From a virus: a stretch of DNA of 64,000 nt. How positions within the stretch are numbered: the first letter of the stretch is position 1; each line of letters opens with the position of its first letter. Positions 21,001-30,927 of the stretch are shown piece by piece. The DNA lies in the IMG/VR virus record IMGVR_UViG_3300032235_000911, positions 31,645-95,644 of that record; one strand, given 5' to 3'. Under the pieces are notes generated by a model that did no database searches, was not told where the DNA came from, and saw nothing but the letters and a program-made list of their open reading frames with translations. The position numbers were made by a program, and so were the translations under genes.

Positions 21001-23671
21001 TGTTTCCATCCGAGTCTCCACAGAATGGTGATACATCTATTGGTCCATAACCATTTTGTAATTTCTCAAAAAGTGTTTTTGCCTTAGAGACTTTTTTCTT
21101 TAATTGACTGTCTAGCGTTCCAAGATTTCTTGGGACTTTACCTTCGTGTAACTCTTTTCTCGCTAATAGCTCTTCGTTTGAACAAATATTTGTTGGCGTG
21201 ATTGGATTATTTACAATCGTAGTTATTTTTACTAAAATATCTGGATCTACTGTTGCTCCTATTTGTTTAAAAAATAATACTAATTTGTCTGGGTCGGATA
21301 ACAGAAAACTCAGATCATTCTCGCCAGAATAATATTTTGATTTTATTATATTTTTAACAAGTGTTAGTGCAAAACTTGATGGTTCACCTTTTAATAGATC
21401 AACTACTTCTGCGGGAGTTAATATGCAATTTATATCATTAAATAGTAAACCTAATAGATCAACTGTATATTCCTTATCGAAACCATATTCTTTTGGATTA
21501 TAAAAAAATCCTAATGCTTCCGATCTGTTTGCTTTTAATACCTGTTTGTCTGAGTTACTGTTAGCCGTCCCGCCGCCAAGGGCAGTTGGCTTAGATTCAA
21601 AAGGATTAGCGTAGTTATTTTCTGGGTTAAACAATCCATCTTCACATGACTGCGTTAGTGCATCTCGCACTGTATCAAAAACAAGAGTCAATAGACCTTG
21701 GTATAAAGATTTTGATAATTGTTTGCTAAAATTTTCATACGGGCTTTGTGTTTTTTTATTTAAAATAGCATCAAGTTGACCGCCTGGCTTAAATGTAGAT
21801 TTAATCTTACCGGCAAAATTTAAAGTTTTACTGATTGCAGAAAGTCCGCGTGCTAGATATGTAAGCCCTGGGTCATTTATGCAAAATAAGTTATAGTCAA
21901 GCTTTAAGCCGTTGTTTAAAGCGCGCAGGTATGCAGCGCCTTTTAGGTTTTTTATTTGCTGGTAATAATTAACATAGTTTATTATATCTGGGCCAATATT
22001 TTGTATGAGTTGCTTTACATCTGGGTCATCAAGCGATGTACCTTTGATTAAACAAAATATTCTATTTATTATAAGTTTATTTAAGTTTAATCTATTGCAG
22101 ATATAAATAACAGTATTTATATTAAAAGATTTTGCAGATTCTCCTAGTTGTTCGGCGACTCCGACAAGCGCATCAGTTGTAACTTGGGCCACGCCAGTAA
22201 CGGGCGTTAGCGCCTTTTTTGCTGGCTCAAGAATGTATTTAACGCCCCAACTATTATCCGGTGGTTCCCCTTCTAAACAATCTTCCATACTCTCTAATCG
22301 ATCTAATAAATACTTTTCGTTATCTTTCTTTTTTTCTTCTCCTTCGGAAGATATAAATATGTCATATATTGATCCACCAACATCCATAGTATCATTGATA
22401 GCTCTTTGTATGCTTGATGGCTTAAGACAATTTTCTTTTGATTCATTAAAAGCTAATCTAAATTCTGCAACTTTTTGTGGTGGTAGTTTTTTTCCATTAA
22501 CATAAACAGGTTCATCGACAAGTGAAATCTCTGGGTATTTTGCATATGTTTTTAAATATGTGATTATGTCTAATGCTTTATGGTCCGCTACCATTTGATC
22601 GTAGTTTAAGAAATAATTAAATATTCTTTTTGAATTAAATTCTGCTCTTAATCTTAATTGTGCTATTTGGTAGTTTTCTAGTTTTTCCGATGTACCATCT
22701 TTGTAAATCGTAACGGAGTTTATAGTTAAGTTGTCATCTAGACCGATAACGTACTCAATCGCAGATTCATCTATAAAAGAATATCCAAATATTGTAAACA
22801 TCTCGTTTGCCACGGTTAAAAACCGTCGCATTGTAGCGATTTCAAAATCAATAACAAATCCTTGTATAAATTTATTTGGGTATGTAACTTGCGTTATGTC
22901 GTCAGCACGTGAAGTAAAGAGTGATAGAATCTTATTTATTTCAGATCTTATCGTTTTGTTATTCAATGTTACTTCTTTTGTTACCGCGCCTATTTTAACA
23001 GGCTGCGTTGGTGCTTCAATAGAATCAAAATACCTTAATGGCATAGAGACAGTGAACGTTAAAGGCTCGCATTTTCTTTGTAAAGTAACATCTAGATCGT
23101 TATTTATAAACGCTGGTGTATTGTACGTTGATAGCAACAAGTCTATTGCCGCGTTATCAGATTCTCTTCCCATGCTTGCAAGCAAGATCTGTAGGCCTTC
23201 GTAGTATACTTCTTTCAATAAAGTGTTAAAAAGATATGTATCTAATGCCTTTTCATAATCGGTCTGTATTCTTACGGATAATAGACCGTTTTTTTTATCA
23301 ATATATGGAGTAAATACCTCTTTTAACCTTGGGTCTACTTCCTGCGCAGATGGATCTGGCATGTGGTCTTTTGTGTAGCTAATATTAAAATACGACTTAC
23401 CGTTTATTGAAATTAAGAAATCATTTTTTATGTATATACTTTTGTTATAATATGCATATTTTTCCGACCTTGGATCGATAACTTTTATCTCTGTCCACCC
23501 GCCCTGATAACCAAGATTCTCTTGTATCGACGCAACTTCATAGCCTTCTAGATCGCTATAGTCTTTTCTTTTTTCAAAGGAAATATCTTTTGGATAATCC
23601 TTTGAGACAATAACGTCAACGCCGGTTATTTGATGAGTTGCTTTTTTAAAATCTGGGTATAGAAAATCCAT
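18089..23671 (-). CDS. large hypothetical virion/tail protein
   Basis: 1860 aa ORF between spike and gp25-like genes; no motif recognised. Confidence 0.6.
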   Translation of the reverse strand: MDFLYPDFKKATHQITGVDVIVSKDYPKDISFEKRKDYSDLEGYEVASIQENLGYQGGWTEIKVIDPRSEKYAYYNKSIYIKNDFLISINGKSYFNISYTKDHMPDPSAQEVDPRLKEVFTPYIDKKNGLLSVRIQTDYEKALDTYLFNTLLKEVYYEGLQILLASMGRESDNAAIDLLLSTYNTPAFINNDLDVTLQRKCEPLTFTVSMPLRYFDSIEAPTQPVKIGAVTKEVTLNNKTIRSEINKILSLFTSRADDITQVTYPNKFIQGFVIDFEIATMRRFLTVANEMFTIFGYSFIDESAIEYVIGLDDNLTINSVTIYKDGTSEKLENYQIAQLRLRAEFNSKRIFNYFLNYDQMVADHKALDIITYLKTYAKYPEISLVDEPVYVNGKKLPPQKVAEFRLAFNESKENCLKPSSIQRAINDTMDVGGSIYDIFISSEGEEKKKDNEKYLLDRLESMEDCLEGEPPDNSWGVKYILEPAKKALTPVTGVAQVTTDALVGVAEQLGESAKSFNINTVIYICNRLNLNKLIINRIFCLIKGTSLDDPDVKQLIQNIGPDIINYVNYYQQIKNLKGAAYLRALNNGLKLDYNLFCINDPGLTYLARGLSAISKTLNFAGKIKSTFKPGGQLDAILNKKTQSPYENFSKQLSKSLYQGLLTLVFDTVRDALTQSCEDGLFNPENNYANPFESKPTALGGGTANSNSDKQVLKANRSEALGFFYNPKEYGFDKEYTVDLLGLLFNDINCILTPAEVVDLLKGEPSSFALTLVKNIIKSKYYSGENDLSFLLSDPDKLVLFFKQIGATVDPDILVKITTIVNNPITPTNICSNEELLARKELHEGKVPRNLGTLDSQLKKKVSKAKTLFEKLQNGYGPIDVSPFCGDSDGNNEATDYLVQNYANSLDATFSDILTTFNDESDNLIESFAKNKTLIRQKSSGETIGSVEYTLYNEDLGLNVDYPVTIRPGNEIDKHRLIYYPYSQNDTTSKELSNSFLGANDQLQEANIVCTASEFVYNSEFKAFLDENKDKTRIWLESIEANRAFDDNGSSSSLHDLWSNGSRLGAHLKTLDYFIAITINSNIINSNEVEVKFIYVDKENARFVILKGFKLAKDISQKKSEVLGAAIYSQTSAYDLLYSSTVVPVLESKFAKLDLDTKNLLQQIYLEKFKPLISKIKNYEKIVSNVRKFRQSGIFSLDTKISSDISRTLNITTSNKDNVVAVNRLFNIKTQKVSNTLPPSEYAILQEIVLNNFAGSEYFKTDYDLTKDFIYYKTEDGLIDKFIDWIDGEETAIEKMQDSDYSVTKNVDISTNSYLRLYSRLKKYHLLVNPKYKNCNINPNYLNYDYFKIRELNNFKIDICEKGADPTKSMERILFNLIVRSFVTDYMVKTIPFWASYTRDEIKEVHKNNIFIDIFVEFLKLDTRKYSSNENVDQNDNTNPLFNKLLEVGGKIYVEYQTAIFKDLVFPKTNKNEEALQYYIRREIKRFVDFSLANDTISFTDTSFWDKMIAQPEAFEAETKSDLQKAIDFTADLTTTYTGVKFVAETLNRIFSSKTKKSRPTRKQSFIVDTQADSLKVHVRYGDGKEIPYTYPLTETRKIIEDERSHLLIYFLMSTNIDVQTEHIYSGAKSRLLEILGRYTVASTGSSEVGYNTIPPDQNQIEQFLSKVALSPVPYAMIGLNPQYTKYIKFFINAMVDTARMMTLNQAQNNDINIGLTRKINELVTLGGVLGWSIIDPQDRKDIIKNSNTYADLLFYKRLDDGKSVLPDLVTSLGITGGSFGALTPTPVGWTYLALDSIQEYKYYADSLEEIRKLKALEPGGDPCLPAQEAEAKAQTSPVCTPDLQKEAVKDIDKFEPEESK

Positions 23672-24657
23672 TAGTTTACCTTGTTGTATATACTGTTTAC
23701 ATATTTTGGGCTAGAGGCGTCAAAATATTCTTTTATTAGAAGCTGGAACTTCATATTATTATTTATAATATCTGGTATTATCTTACTAAATAGCTCTGTT
23801 GATATTAATGGGCTATTTTCCTCCATTGGTTTATCACTAATGGCCTTACCAGTGTTTAGAGCGTGTTTATGACTCGCAAACGTATTATTTAATTTTGTTT
23901 GTAGATCTATGAAATTAGACATGGATGACTGGACTTCTTGTATCGTCGATATGATATTTTTTAATAATTCCAATAAATTATTGCCTTTAACCATCGGCTG
24001 AAGTTCGTTTGAAGGATCAGGATTATCATAACCAGCAATTATATCTATTCCGTTTAACATTGGATCTTCGCCAGAAGATAGTTGTGCAAGATGCTGTGTT
24101 ACAATTTTAACATTTTCTCTGCCTATAAGACGAATACAATCTGCCTTTGCAGCAAAGGCAGATCGGTTATCTGTATTCTCTAGCTCGTATCCCTCAAAGC
24201 CTTCAAGTTTAACTTTTACTTTTGGTAAGTTAAAGTAACTATCTATGTTTCCTCTTTGCGTTAAGTATATTCTTGCGGAATCTATTTCAAAATTCTTAGA
24301 AGAGAAATAAGCTTGACCATTGACCTTATCTATTGGGCGTAAACCCATGTGACCTGCAACAATATCTATTGCGCTAGCACCTGTTTGCCCTACTCCGCCT
24401 TTGCCGCTACCGACACCAGCAAAACGATCATTACCAAGAATTATCATGGAATTATTTTTTCCACGAATAACCTTTTCAGCTGATGTTTGTTCATAGTTGG
24501 TTGTTATCTCATCCCGCGCTGTGTTATTTACACCAGATTGTAAGGTAAAAGCTTGCGTGGCATCGATAGCAATTTTTCTAATAATATCGACTACTTCTGG
24601 GCTCAGGAAGGCGTTTCTTTCTTCCAGCTGCGAGTTTAATTTTTTTTCTTCTGCCAT
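23671..24657 (-). CDS. putative baseplate spike (gp5 C-terminal/gpV-like)
   Basis: beta-rich repeats, QPMVKGNNL and HxH (SHKH) tip motif; start chosen at the TAATG overlap. Confidence 0.55.
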   Translation of the reverse strand: MAEEKKLNSQLEERNAFLSPEVVDIIRKIAIDATQAFTLQSGVNNTARDEITTNYEQTSAEKVIRGKNNSMIILGNDRFAGVGSGKGGVGQTGASAIDIVAGHMGLRPIDKVNGQAYFSSKNFEIDSARIYLTQRGNIDSYFNLPKVKVKLEGFEGYELENTDNRSAFAAKADCIRLIGRENVKIVTQHLAQLSSGEDPMLNGIDIIAGYDNPDPSNELQPMVKGNNLLELLKNIISTIQEVQSSMSNFIDLQTKLNNTFASHKHALNTGKAISDKPMEENSPLISTELFSKIIPDIINNNMKFQLLIKEYFDASSPKYVNSIYNKVN

Positions 24658-26237
24658 TAAATAAACCTCTTCCCGTCCCAAAATTTATCGGGTTCATTCC
24701 AGACTGAACTTTTATCTCTATCGTAAACAGTCAATAATAACTCTTTATACGAATAACCTTTAACTATTTTTATAGGTTTTGTGAAGATATGCCAATTTGC
24801 AAGCAGCGGATCGCTATTTTTAAAGAAAAATAGTCGAGGATCTGACGCCACAAAACCAAAGTCTTTAAGTATTTGAGTTATATCTATCACGTGACGATCT
24901 ATTTTAATAATCTCTGGCTTGTCTAGCTTATATGTATTTTTTATTGAGTAAATATCAATTACCTGTTTAGTTGGTTTATACTTTATCTCGTTTAAATCTA
25001 TTACTTTCTTACAATTTCCATATATCTTCAAGCCATATCCACCGGGTACGCGCCTCGTGTAATCTGGTCCGATAAAATAATCGTCTGTTTCGATGTTCGA
25101 ATCTACCGTTAGCGCCGCATACGGATTTAAATTTATCTGCAAGCCAACGCGCCCAAGACTTGAGATTTTTTTATTATCTAATCTAGTATCTATAAAATCA
25201 CACAATAGAGGTATACCGTAGGTATTTAATATTTCTTTTATTTGTATAATATCTTTGGCTATATCTTCTCTGGCTTTTATATATTGTGCATTAAACTTTC
25301 TTGTGCTTTTTATACCCTTTGGATAATCAATCGGCACATCTAATATTTTCATCTTTGGAAATGTTGATGGAGGACTTTGCGTTACTTTGACCTTTTGAAG
25401 TGGCTGTGCAGTAGGAAGATCAAGAACGGCAGGACGGTCAGATACTACCGCTAATCTAGGATCGCAGTCTGGATCTGTTGCTTCTATAGAAGGTGCAGAA
25501 TCAAAGTCTACCGTGCCATTATTATTTGTTATGTACCGCCAGTCAGCATATGCATGATTTCCATATAAAGTTCTCTTCGGTATCTCCTCTTGAGACTGGG
25601 TCGGTCGCTCAAATTTTTGAACAAATATCGTTGCTGCTTTTTTTATGCTTGTCAGACTTTTCATCGGCACCAGCGTGTTTGTCTTATAATCAGTTTTTAA
25701 TTCATGAATTAAAAAAGCAAGTTGCCCTTTTATTGTTCTATAATCTTCCCCGTTATCGCTGCACCATTTTTTAAGATTAGTAAACCTACCTCCTCTTGTT
25801 TTAAATTGATCAATATGCGTACCTTCTTGCCACGGTTGATTATTTTTTAGTACTGGTGGTTTATCATTAAACAATATATGGATCAACCAAGCCCGTCTTT
25901 CTTCCGCGCTTGTCTGCTCTCCTTTCTGGATCTTTCTTTTATAAGTATCAGAGAGGGCTTTATTTGCTGGATCGTAATTTGTTTTTTCGATTGGATCAAT
26001 CCACTGTGCTAAACCATAAGCACCTGTGCCGTTAGCTTTGTCGATATAAGAATAATGTGCAGACTCAAGGCGCAGATTGCCAACAATGCCAGCCGCTGCC
26101 TGCGGGGTACAGCCAAGCTGTTTAATAAATAAATCTATCATGTATACTTCTAAAGCTCTATTGTCTACCGATAGACTATCTCCGCTTCTCTTTTTATCTT
26201 TAAGTTTTGTCTTTATTTCATCTGTGTTCATGCTCAT
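24657..26237 (-). CDS. tail lysozyme (Phage_lysozyme2 domain) with a degenerate peptidase-M15-like C-terminal domain
   Basis: QAAAGIVGNLRLES, GAYGLAQW, QLAFLIHEL, AATIFVQKFERP motifs. Confidence 0.8.
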   Translation of the reverse strand: MSMNTDEIKTKLKDKKRSGDSLSVDNRALEVYMIDLFIKQLGCTPQAAAGIVGNLRLESAHYSYIDKANGTGAYGLAQWIDPIEKTNYDPANKALSDTYKRKIQKGEQTSAEERRAWLIHILFNDKPPVLKNNQPWQEGTHIDQFKTRGGRFTNLKKWCSDNGEDYRTIKGQLAFLIHELKTDYKTNTLVPMKSLTSIKKAATIFVQKFERPTQSQEEIPKRTLYGNHAYADWRYITNNNGTVDFDSAPSIEATDPDCDPRLAVVSDRPAVLDLPTAQPLQKVKVTQSPPSTFPKMKILDVPIDYPKGIKSTRKFNAQYIKAREDIAKDIIQIKEILNTYGIPLLCDFIDTRLDNKKISSLGRVGLQINLNPYAALTVDSNIETDDYFIGPDYTRRVPGGYGLKIYGNCKKVIDLNEIKYKPTKQVIDIYSIKNTYKLDKPEIIKIDRHVIDITQILKDFGFVASDPRLFFFKNSDPLLANWHIFTKPIKIVKGYSYKELLLTVYDRDKSSVWNEPDKFWDGKRFI

Positions 26238-27727
26238 ACACCCATTGTATTTATGGTATTAAAGACTAGCATTGCCCATTCATCCGCCAGTTTACCGTAT
26301 CTATGCAAACCATCTATGCCTCTTGAGCGCTTATCCTGTGTCTGTAAATTTTGGCTACTAAATGCTACTATTTTTTTTATATCTGCTTTATCTTTAGCGA
26401 TCTCTACAAGATTATCTGTTTGAGCGGCTGATATTTTTCGTAAAAAATCATCATAAGCTGCGTATCTTGTATCTATCGCACTTTTTTCTTTATTTGCATC
26501 GTGGCCAACCCATGCTTTTCCTAACTTTGGAGGTGAAACTAGAAAAAAATTTACGCTATTTGTTTTTGCAACTATCTTTTTTAGATTATCTATATGCTTC
26601 TGAACGCTTAAACCAATGTCGTTTGAACCATGGCCTATTATAGCCAAATCAAATGGACCATGATATAACAGTTCGGCACTCAGATCAAATCCCTTTGGTC
26701 CAAGTTTATTATTTTTAATCGCACCATTCCAGACAGTATTTTTTGCATATGCATTTGTTCCAAGCCCGCCAACTGATAAATTTAGTACGGCAGCACCTTG
26801 TGCATTAAACAAACTGATAAGTTTTTGACCGAATTGACCTACCATATGTGAATCACCTAGTAAGAGTATTTTTTTACCAGCATACTTTCCACTACTTGTA
26901 TCTTTTGGACTCCTCAATACAGCAGGTGGTTCTCCATGAAAATTACCTTGCCTTGTCGTCTTCGAATCTCCCGCGCCACCTGATGGTGCATCCGATCCGC
27001 CGCCAGAGATGTCGGCTCCACCGGTTACGCTTTTCTTGACGCAGTCTGGTTTTTTTACATTTTCTGAAGGTGCTCCTTGTGGTTGCGCTGTTGGGATTTC
27101 TGTCGGTGTAGCTTGTTTTTGTAGACTCACGCCGCTGTTTTTATCTCCCTCATCTCCCTTGGATCCCACACCAGTCGGTAGCACCACTCTTTTGTTGCTA
27201 AATAAACCTATATATTTATTATCAAATGGATTAGCGAGTTCGGTTGTAAAATAATTTGGTGGAACTTTAACTCTTATAATATTTCCTGGCGCTGGGTGTT
27301 CTGACTCCATCAAGGTTCTAGATTGCGGATAAAATATTTTATGATTAAGATATGCTCTCTTCGAAGTTACATCTTGACCTAATAAATCTTCATAGTGTTG
27401 AACGTTGGAAATATCTTTTGTTGGGACTTCCGCTATAACATACGGTACGCCATTTGGCGTTTTCTTAACTTGCAACGCTATGCCAAGATATTCATCTTTC
27501 TCGAGTGTTGCAGAAGAGTGCTTATTTTGCATATCTTGCGATATAAGCGAACGATATGAAGTATTTACTGCGCTGCCTGCCGTTGCTTTTGTTATATCAA
27601 ATATCTTTGCATTTACTCTAGATAATATTGCAGATACTTGGAGATAGGTTTTACCTGAGCCGTTAAAAAGCTGCTCAATGAGGTCATCGCCAAGTAAATT
27701 TTTAGATAGCTGTTCGTTTGCTGCCAT
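26234..27727 (-). CDS. baseplate hub-like protein fused to an SGNH/GDSL hydrolase
   Basis: GDSH (block I), GG (II), GSND (III), DGLH (V); Gly/Ser/Pro linker; N-terminal PGNIIRV OB-fold-like strand. Confidence 0.7.
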   Translation of the reverse strand: MAANEQLSKNLLGDDLIEQLFNGSGKTYLQVSAILSRVNAKIFDITKATAGSAVNTSYRSLISQDMQNKHSSATLEKDEYLGIALQVKKTPNGVPYVIAEVPTKDISNVQHYEDLLGQDVTSKRAYLNHKIFYPQSRTLMESEHPAPGNIIRVKVPPNYFTTELANPFDNKYIGLFSNKRVVLPTGVGSKGDEGDKNSGVSLQKQATPTEIPTAQPQGAPSENVKKPDCVKKSVTGGADISGGGSDAPSGGAGDSKTTRQGNFHGEPPAVLRSPKDTSSGKYAGKKILLLGDSHMVGQFGQKLISLFNAQGAAVLNLSVGGLGTNAYAKNTVWNGAIKNNKLGPKGFDLSAELLYHGPFDLAIIGHGSNDIGLSVQKHIDNLKKIVAKTNSVNFFLVSPPKLGKAWVGHDANKEKSAIDTRYAAYDDFLRKISAAQTDNLVEIAKDKADIKKIVAFSSQNLQTQDKRSRGIDGLHRYGKLADEWAMLVFNTINTMGV

Positions 27728-27728
27728 A

Positions 27729-28037
27729 TTATTTCTCTTTTATCATATCAAAGAGATTTGATTTTTCCATCTCTGACATTCCACGATCAGTGCTGCCTTC
27801 ATTTTTTTGAATGATGCCGGCTATCTTAACAAGCTGCTCGTTGCTACGCTGGAGTGTTTCAAGATACTGTGATGCGATATGTCCGCTTGCAGCGTGAGCG
27901 GCATCGCCTGTTTTTTTCATATAAACAACAAGATCGGCCAACAGCATTTCTGCAGTTGACCGATCATCTTCTATGTTCTTGATGCTTGATTCTATTATAT
28001 CATTCAGGCTGCGCTTGGTCTTGGACATTTTCTTCAT
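27729..28037 (-). CDS. hypothetical helical protein
   Basis: 102 aa ORF, coupled to neighbours. Confidence 0.65.
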   Translation of the reverse strand: MKKMSKTKRSLNDIIESSIKNIEDDRSTAEMLLADLVVYMKKTGDAAHAASGHIASQYLETLQRSNEQLVKIAGIIQKNEGSTDRGMSEMEKSNLFDMIKEK

Positions 28038-29076
28038 CCTTTAAGTGGGTCACGGACCCACGATTCCATTTATTGATGAAGTAATTATACCTTGTTTTAA
28101 ATTTTTTCAGTCCAGATACGATTTGCTTAGTTGTTAATCCAGTTAATTCCCGCAAATATAAATAAACAGCCTTTTTATTAAAGATTTGTATGTCATCTTG
28201 GTTTTTTAATATTATTTTAATAGCCTCATAGACCTTGCGTTCGTTACCTTTTAGAGAAAGTTGGTCCCATTCATCCATTTCTTGCCATAAAGCTTTCCAA
28301 AATTCTTCTTTTTCACGTTCTTCATCGTAGCCGTTTGTTGTAAATAGATGCTCTTCTTCAAATTCCTGGGTAATGTCGTCAAGGCTTACCTCTCGTCCGC
28401 TGCTGTGTTTCTTAACCTTGTGAATGAACCAGTTTTTTGTGATAACAGAGAAATAGGAGAATGCCTTGCTGCCCTTACTTGTATCAAACTTATCAAGAAT
28501 CGTTGTAAGCCAGGTCTTGCATTCGTCTTTTAAATCTTCTATGTTGGGTAGACTTGTGAACTTATAGGTGTAAACAATCTTATCAACCATTTCATTGAAT
28601 GCTGGCTGGATAAGTGTTATATAAAGTATGCTTTTTTCATTACGATCCGTGCTGCTTGCATACTTTACGATTGCTTCTTCGTGCAGTTTGGTGAAATATT
28701 GATTCTTTTTTACCTCTTCTTTAGCCGGTAGGGACGACTCTACGATAACGACCGGCTTCTTGGGAGACTTTTTGACCTTCGGGGAGGCGAATGACGCCTT
28801 TGGTGGACGCCCCCTGCGCTTCATCAACGTAACCTTCGGTTTCGCCGTCTTCTTCACTATCTTCTTCGCTGTCCGCGTAGCCTTCAAACTGGGCTTTGAT
28901 TTTACTTTGGACTTGGGCTTTGCCTTGGTAGATACTGTTCGCTTCAAGGCCCGTTTCGTCTTGGGTTTGGCCTTGACTGCCTTCTTCTTGGATGGTGACG
29001 CCTTTCGCAAACTCTTGCGCGGCTTCGATAACGAAATTTGTTTCTTGGATCGCCCTTTTGATGCTTTCTTCGCCAT
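28000..29076 (-). CDS. phage late sigma factor (T4 gp55-like) with a Lys/Ala-rich, histone-H1-like N-terminal extension
   Basis: NQYFTKLHEEAI and KFDTSKGSKAFSYFSVITKNWF resemble gp55 sigma region 2; true start uncertain. Confidence 0.7.
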   Translation of the reverse strand: MAKKASKGRSKKQISLSKPRKSLRKASPSKKKAVKAKPKTKRALKRTVSTKAKPKSKVKSKPSLKATRTAKKIVKKTAKPKVTLMKRRGRPPKASFASPKVKKSPKKPVVIVESSLPAKEEVKKNQYFTKLHEEAIVKYASSTDRNEKSILYITLIQPAFNEMVDKIVYTYKFTSLPNIEDLKDECKTWLTTILDKFDTSKGSKAFSYFSVITKNWFIHKVKKHSSGREVSLDDITQEFEEEHLFTTNGYDEEREKEEFWKALWQEMDEWDQLSLKGNERKVYEAIKIILKNQDDIQIFNKKAVYLYLRELTGLTTKQIVSGLKKFKTRYNYFINKWNRGSVTHLKDEENVQDQAQPE

Positions 29077-29248
29077 GAAATTCTTCCAATGTATATAAAT
29101 TTTTGAGTGATTCGCTATACTCTTCTAACATTATAGCGAATTCCTTACGAACTTCAGCATCATACCAGAAACGCAGAAGTAGTTTACGAATATACCATAT
29201 AAATAGGATATTTACAGAGAAAGATAAGACTAACAGTAAATAAATCAT
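28721..29248 (-). CDS. membrane-anchored hypothetical protein with an acidic tail
   Basis: N-terminal TM helix, helical region, acidic C-terminus; ATGA overlap with the upstream gene. Confidence 0.7.
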   Translation of the reverse strand: MIYLLLVLSFSVNILFIWYIRKLLLRFWYDAEVRKEFAIMLEEYSESLKNLYTLEEFHGEESIKRAIQETNFVIEAAQEFAKGVTIQEEGSQGQTQDETGLEANSIYQGKAQVQSKIKAQFEGYADSEEDSEEDGETEGYVDEAQGASTKGVIRLPEGQKVSQEAGRYRRVVPTG

Positions 29249-29496
29249 GGGGTATAGTCCTTTCGACTACTTTGCTTGTCCGCTTCCAATACTTCGCGGC
29301 TTTCTTCTATGAACTTTTCTACCCTTTGACCAGCAGAAGTTTCTTTTTTAGTATCTTCTCGCCAGTTGAGAGTAGGAATAACCTTTGAAACTTCAATGGA
29401 TTGGCAGCGTGGGCATGGACCGCCCGCTTCCTCTGCGCCATGAAAGGTCTTGTACGAGCCTTTGCATGGCTTACAGTAATACTCATAGAAAGGCAC
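29245..29496 (-). CDS. FmdB-family zinc-ribbon protein
   Basis: MPFYEYYCKPC...CPRCQS..VSKV. Confidence 0.85.
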   Translation of the reverse strand: MPFYEYYCKPCKGSYKTFHGAEEAGGPCPRCQSIEVSKVIPTLNWREDTKKETSAGQRVEKFIEESREVLEADKQSSRKDYTP

Positions 29497-29499
29497 CGG

Positions 29500-29682
29500 T
29501 TACTCCGTTACAAACTTTGGTGGCTGCATTGCGATACTGGTTGGTGGATTTGCGACATAGAGATCGTCGCCTTCAACCTTGAAGTCAAATCCCTTGAGGG
29601 TTGGTACAATATCGCTCTGTTCCATAAGTGACTTCTGGAGTGCGATCATAATCGCACTAAGTGCCTGATTGCTCAATGTCAT
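29500..29682 (-). CDS. hypothetical protein
   Basis: 60 aa ORF with AAGGA RBS, same strand as the operon. Confidence 0.65.
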   Translation of the reverse strand: MTLSNQALSAIMIALQKSLMEQSDIVPTLKGFDFKVEGDDLYVANPPTSIAMQPPKFVTE

Positions 29683-30232
29683 TTGTTTTATCCTTTTTGT
29701 ATAGTTGTAAAATTTCTTCTGCCCATTCTATTAAATCTTCTACTCTTTGGCCTTTTGGTTGCTTTGTAGACCATAATTCTAAATTTTCTATTCTGTTATC
29801 ACTTCTAACACCGTTGATATGATGTACATTTTCATGTGGTAAAAGATATCTTCCAATCTTTTTTTCCATAACGAGCCTGTGTTCAGCAACATAACCTTTT
29901 TTTTGCTTATATGGATGGTCGTCGACACCGATTAAAATATACCCAGCATGAGTCATGTATGCATGCTTTGGGTTCCTCCTCCTCTTACGACAATTTAAAC
30001 GTCCAGAGCAGGAGTAGCATCTTGTCGACGCTCTTGCTATCTTTTTTCCACACCCTCCTGCGCAGTCTTTATCTTTTATTCTTGCCGTTTTAACTTTTTG
30101 TTCTGCTGGTTTACTTTTTCTTTTACCAGAGCAGTATACACATATTTTTGATTTTCTTACTATTTTTCTTCCACATCCATCTTCGCAATCTTTATCTTTT
30201 TTATTCGCGAATCTTGGCAACTTTCGTTTCAT
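29657..30232 (-). CDS. HNH homing endonuclease with two N-terminal Cys4 repeats
   Basis: [23 protein letters not shown]; AAGGAG RBS before ATG 30232. Confidence 0.9.
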   Translation of the reverse strand: MKRKLPRFANKKDKDCEDGCGRKIVRKSKICVYCSGKRKSKPAEQKVKTARIKDKDCAGGCGKKIARASTRCYSCSGRLNCRKRRRNPKHAYMTHAGYILIGVDDHPYKQKKGYVAEHRLVMEKKIGRYLLPHENVHHINGVRSDNRIENLELWSTKQPKGQRVEDLIEWAEEILQLYKKDKTNDIEQSGT

Positions 30233-30326
30233 TTTGTTATCTCCTTTAATTAAATAGAAAGAGCATAACAAAAAGACTCATTATTTTCACTAAATTGCTG
30301 ATAGTGCTTGGTCTGATAGTGTCATT

Positions 30327-30881
30327 TTATTCTCCTTTTTTACATACTATTTTTAGTATTGCATTTTTTGCTGGGTATGGGTTTCTGTCATCATTGATTC
30401 TTGAAATATCACAAAAGCCATTTTTCTCTAAAAGATCTTTTAAGCTACTAAAGTTAAATCCATTTACGTGTCCCATACCTTTAACTTTGTACTCACTTTG
30501 GTTATGAAAACCGCCAAAAACATAAGACATTGCATTTTTCCAAGGATCATCTGTAGGGTTTAACCAGCCTACATTTGCATGTTGCAACCAATCTCCTTTA
30601 ATAATTCTCTCTGCAACCCATTGAATATCGGGTACTGTAATTTCTAATACTGCATTTTTTTTTAAAATGCGCTTGACCTCAGTTAAAACACGATCGAGGT
30701 CAAATATATAAATATGTTCTAAGACATCCCCCATATAAGCTTTACTAAAGGTTTCACTAACAAAAGGGTAAGGAGTTTCTAATAAATCGTGAACGCAATT
30801 CACTCCTTCCCAAGAATTAATATCCATTCTGATATCAGCATCAGATTTTGGAGAAGGCCCAGAGCCTATATCAATTATCAT
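30327..30881 (-). CDS. class I SAM-dependent methyltransferase
   Basis: IDIGSG, DVLEHI, RILKKNAVLEITVPD. Confidence 0.85.
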   Translation of the reverse strand: MIIDIGSGPSPKSDADIRMDINSWEGVNCVHDLLETPYPFVSETFSKAYMGDVLEHIYIFDLDRVLTEVKRILKKNAVLEITVPDIQWVAERIIKGDWLQHANVGWLNPTDDPWKNAMSYVFGGFHNQSEYKVKGMGHVNGFNFSSLKDLLEKNGFCDISRINDDRNPYPAKNAILKIVCKKGE

Positions 30882-30927
30882 TTATTTTCATCCTTTAATT
30901 GCTGAATTGTCATAAAATCATTTTTGC

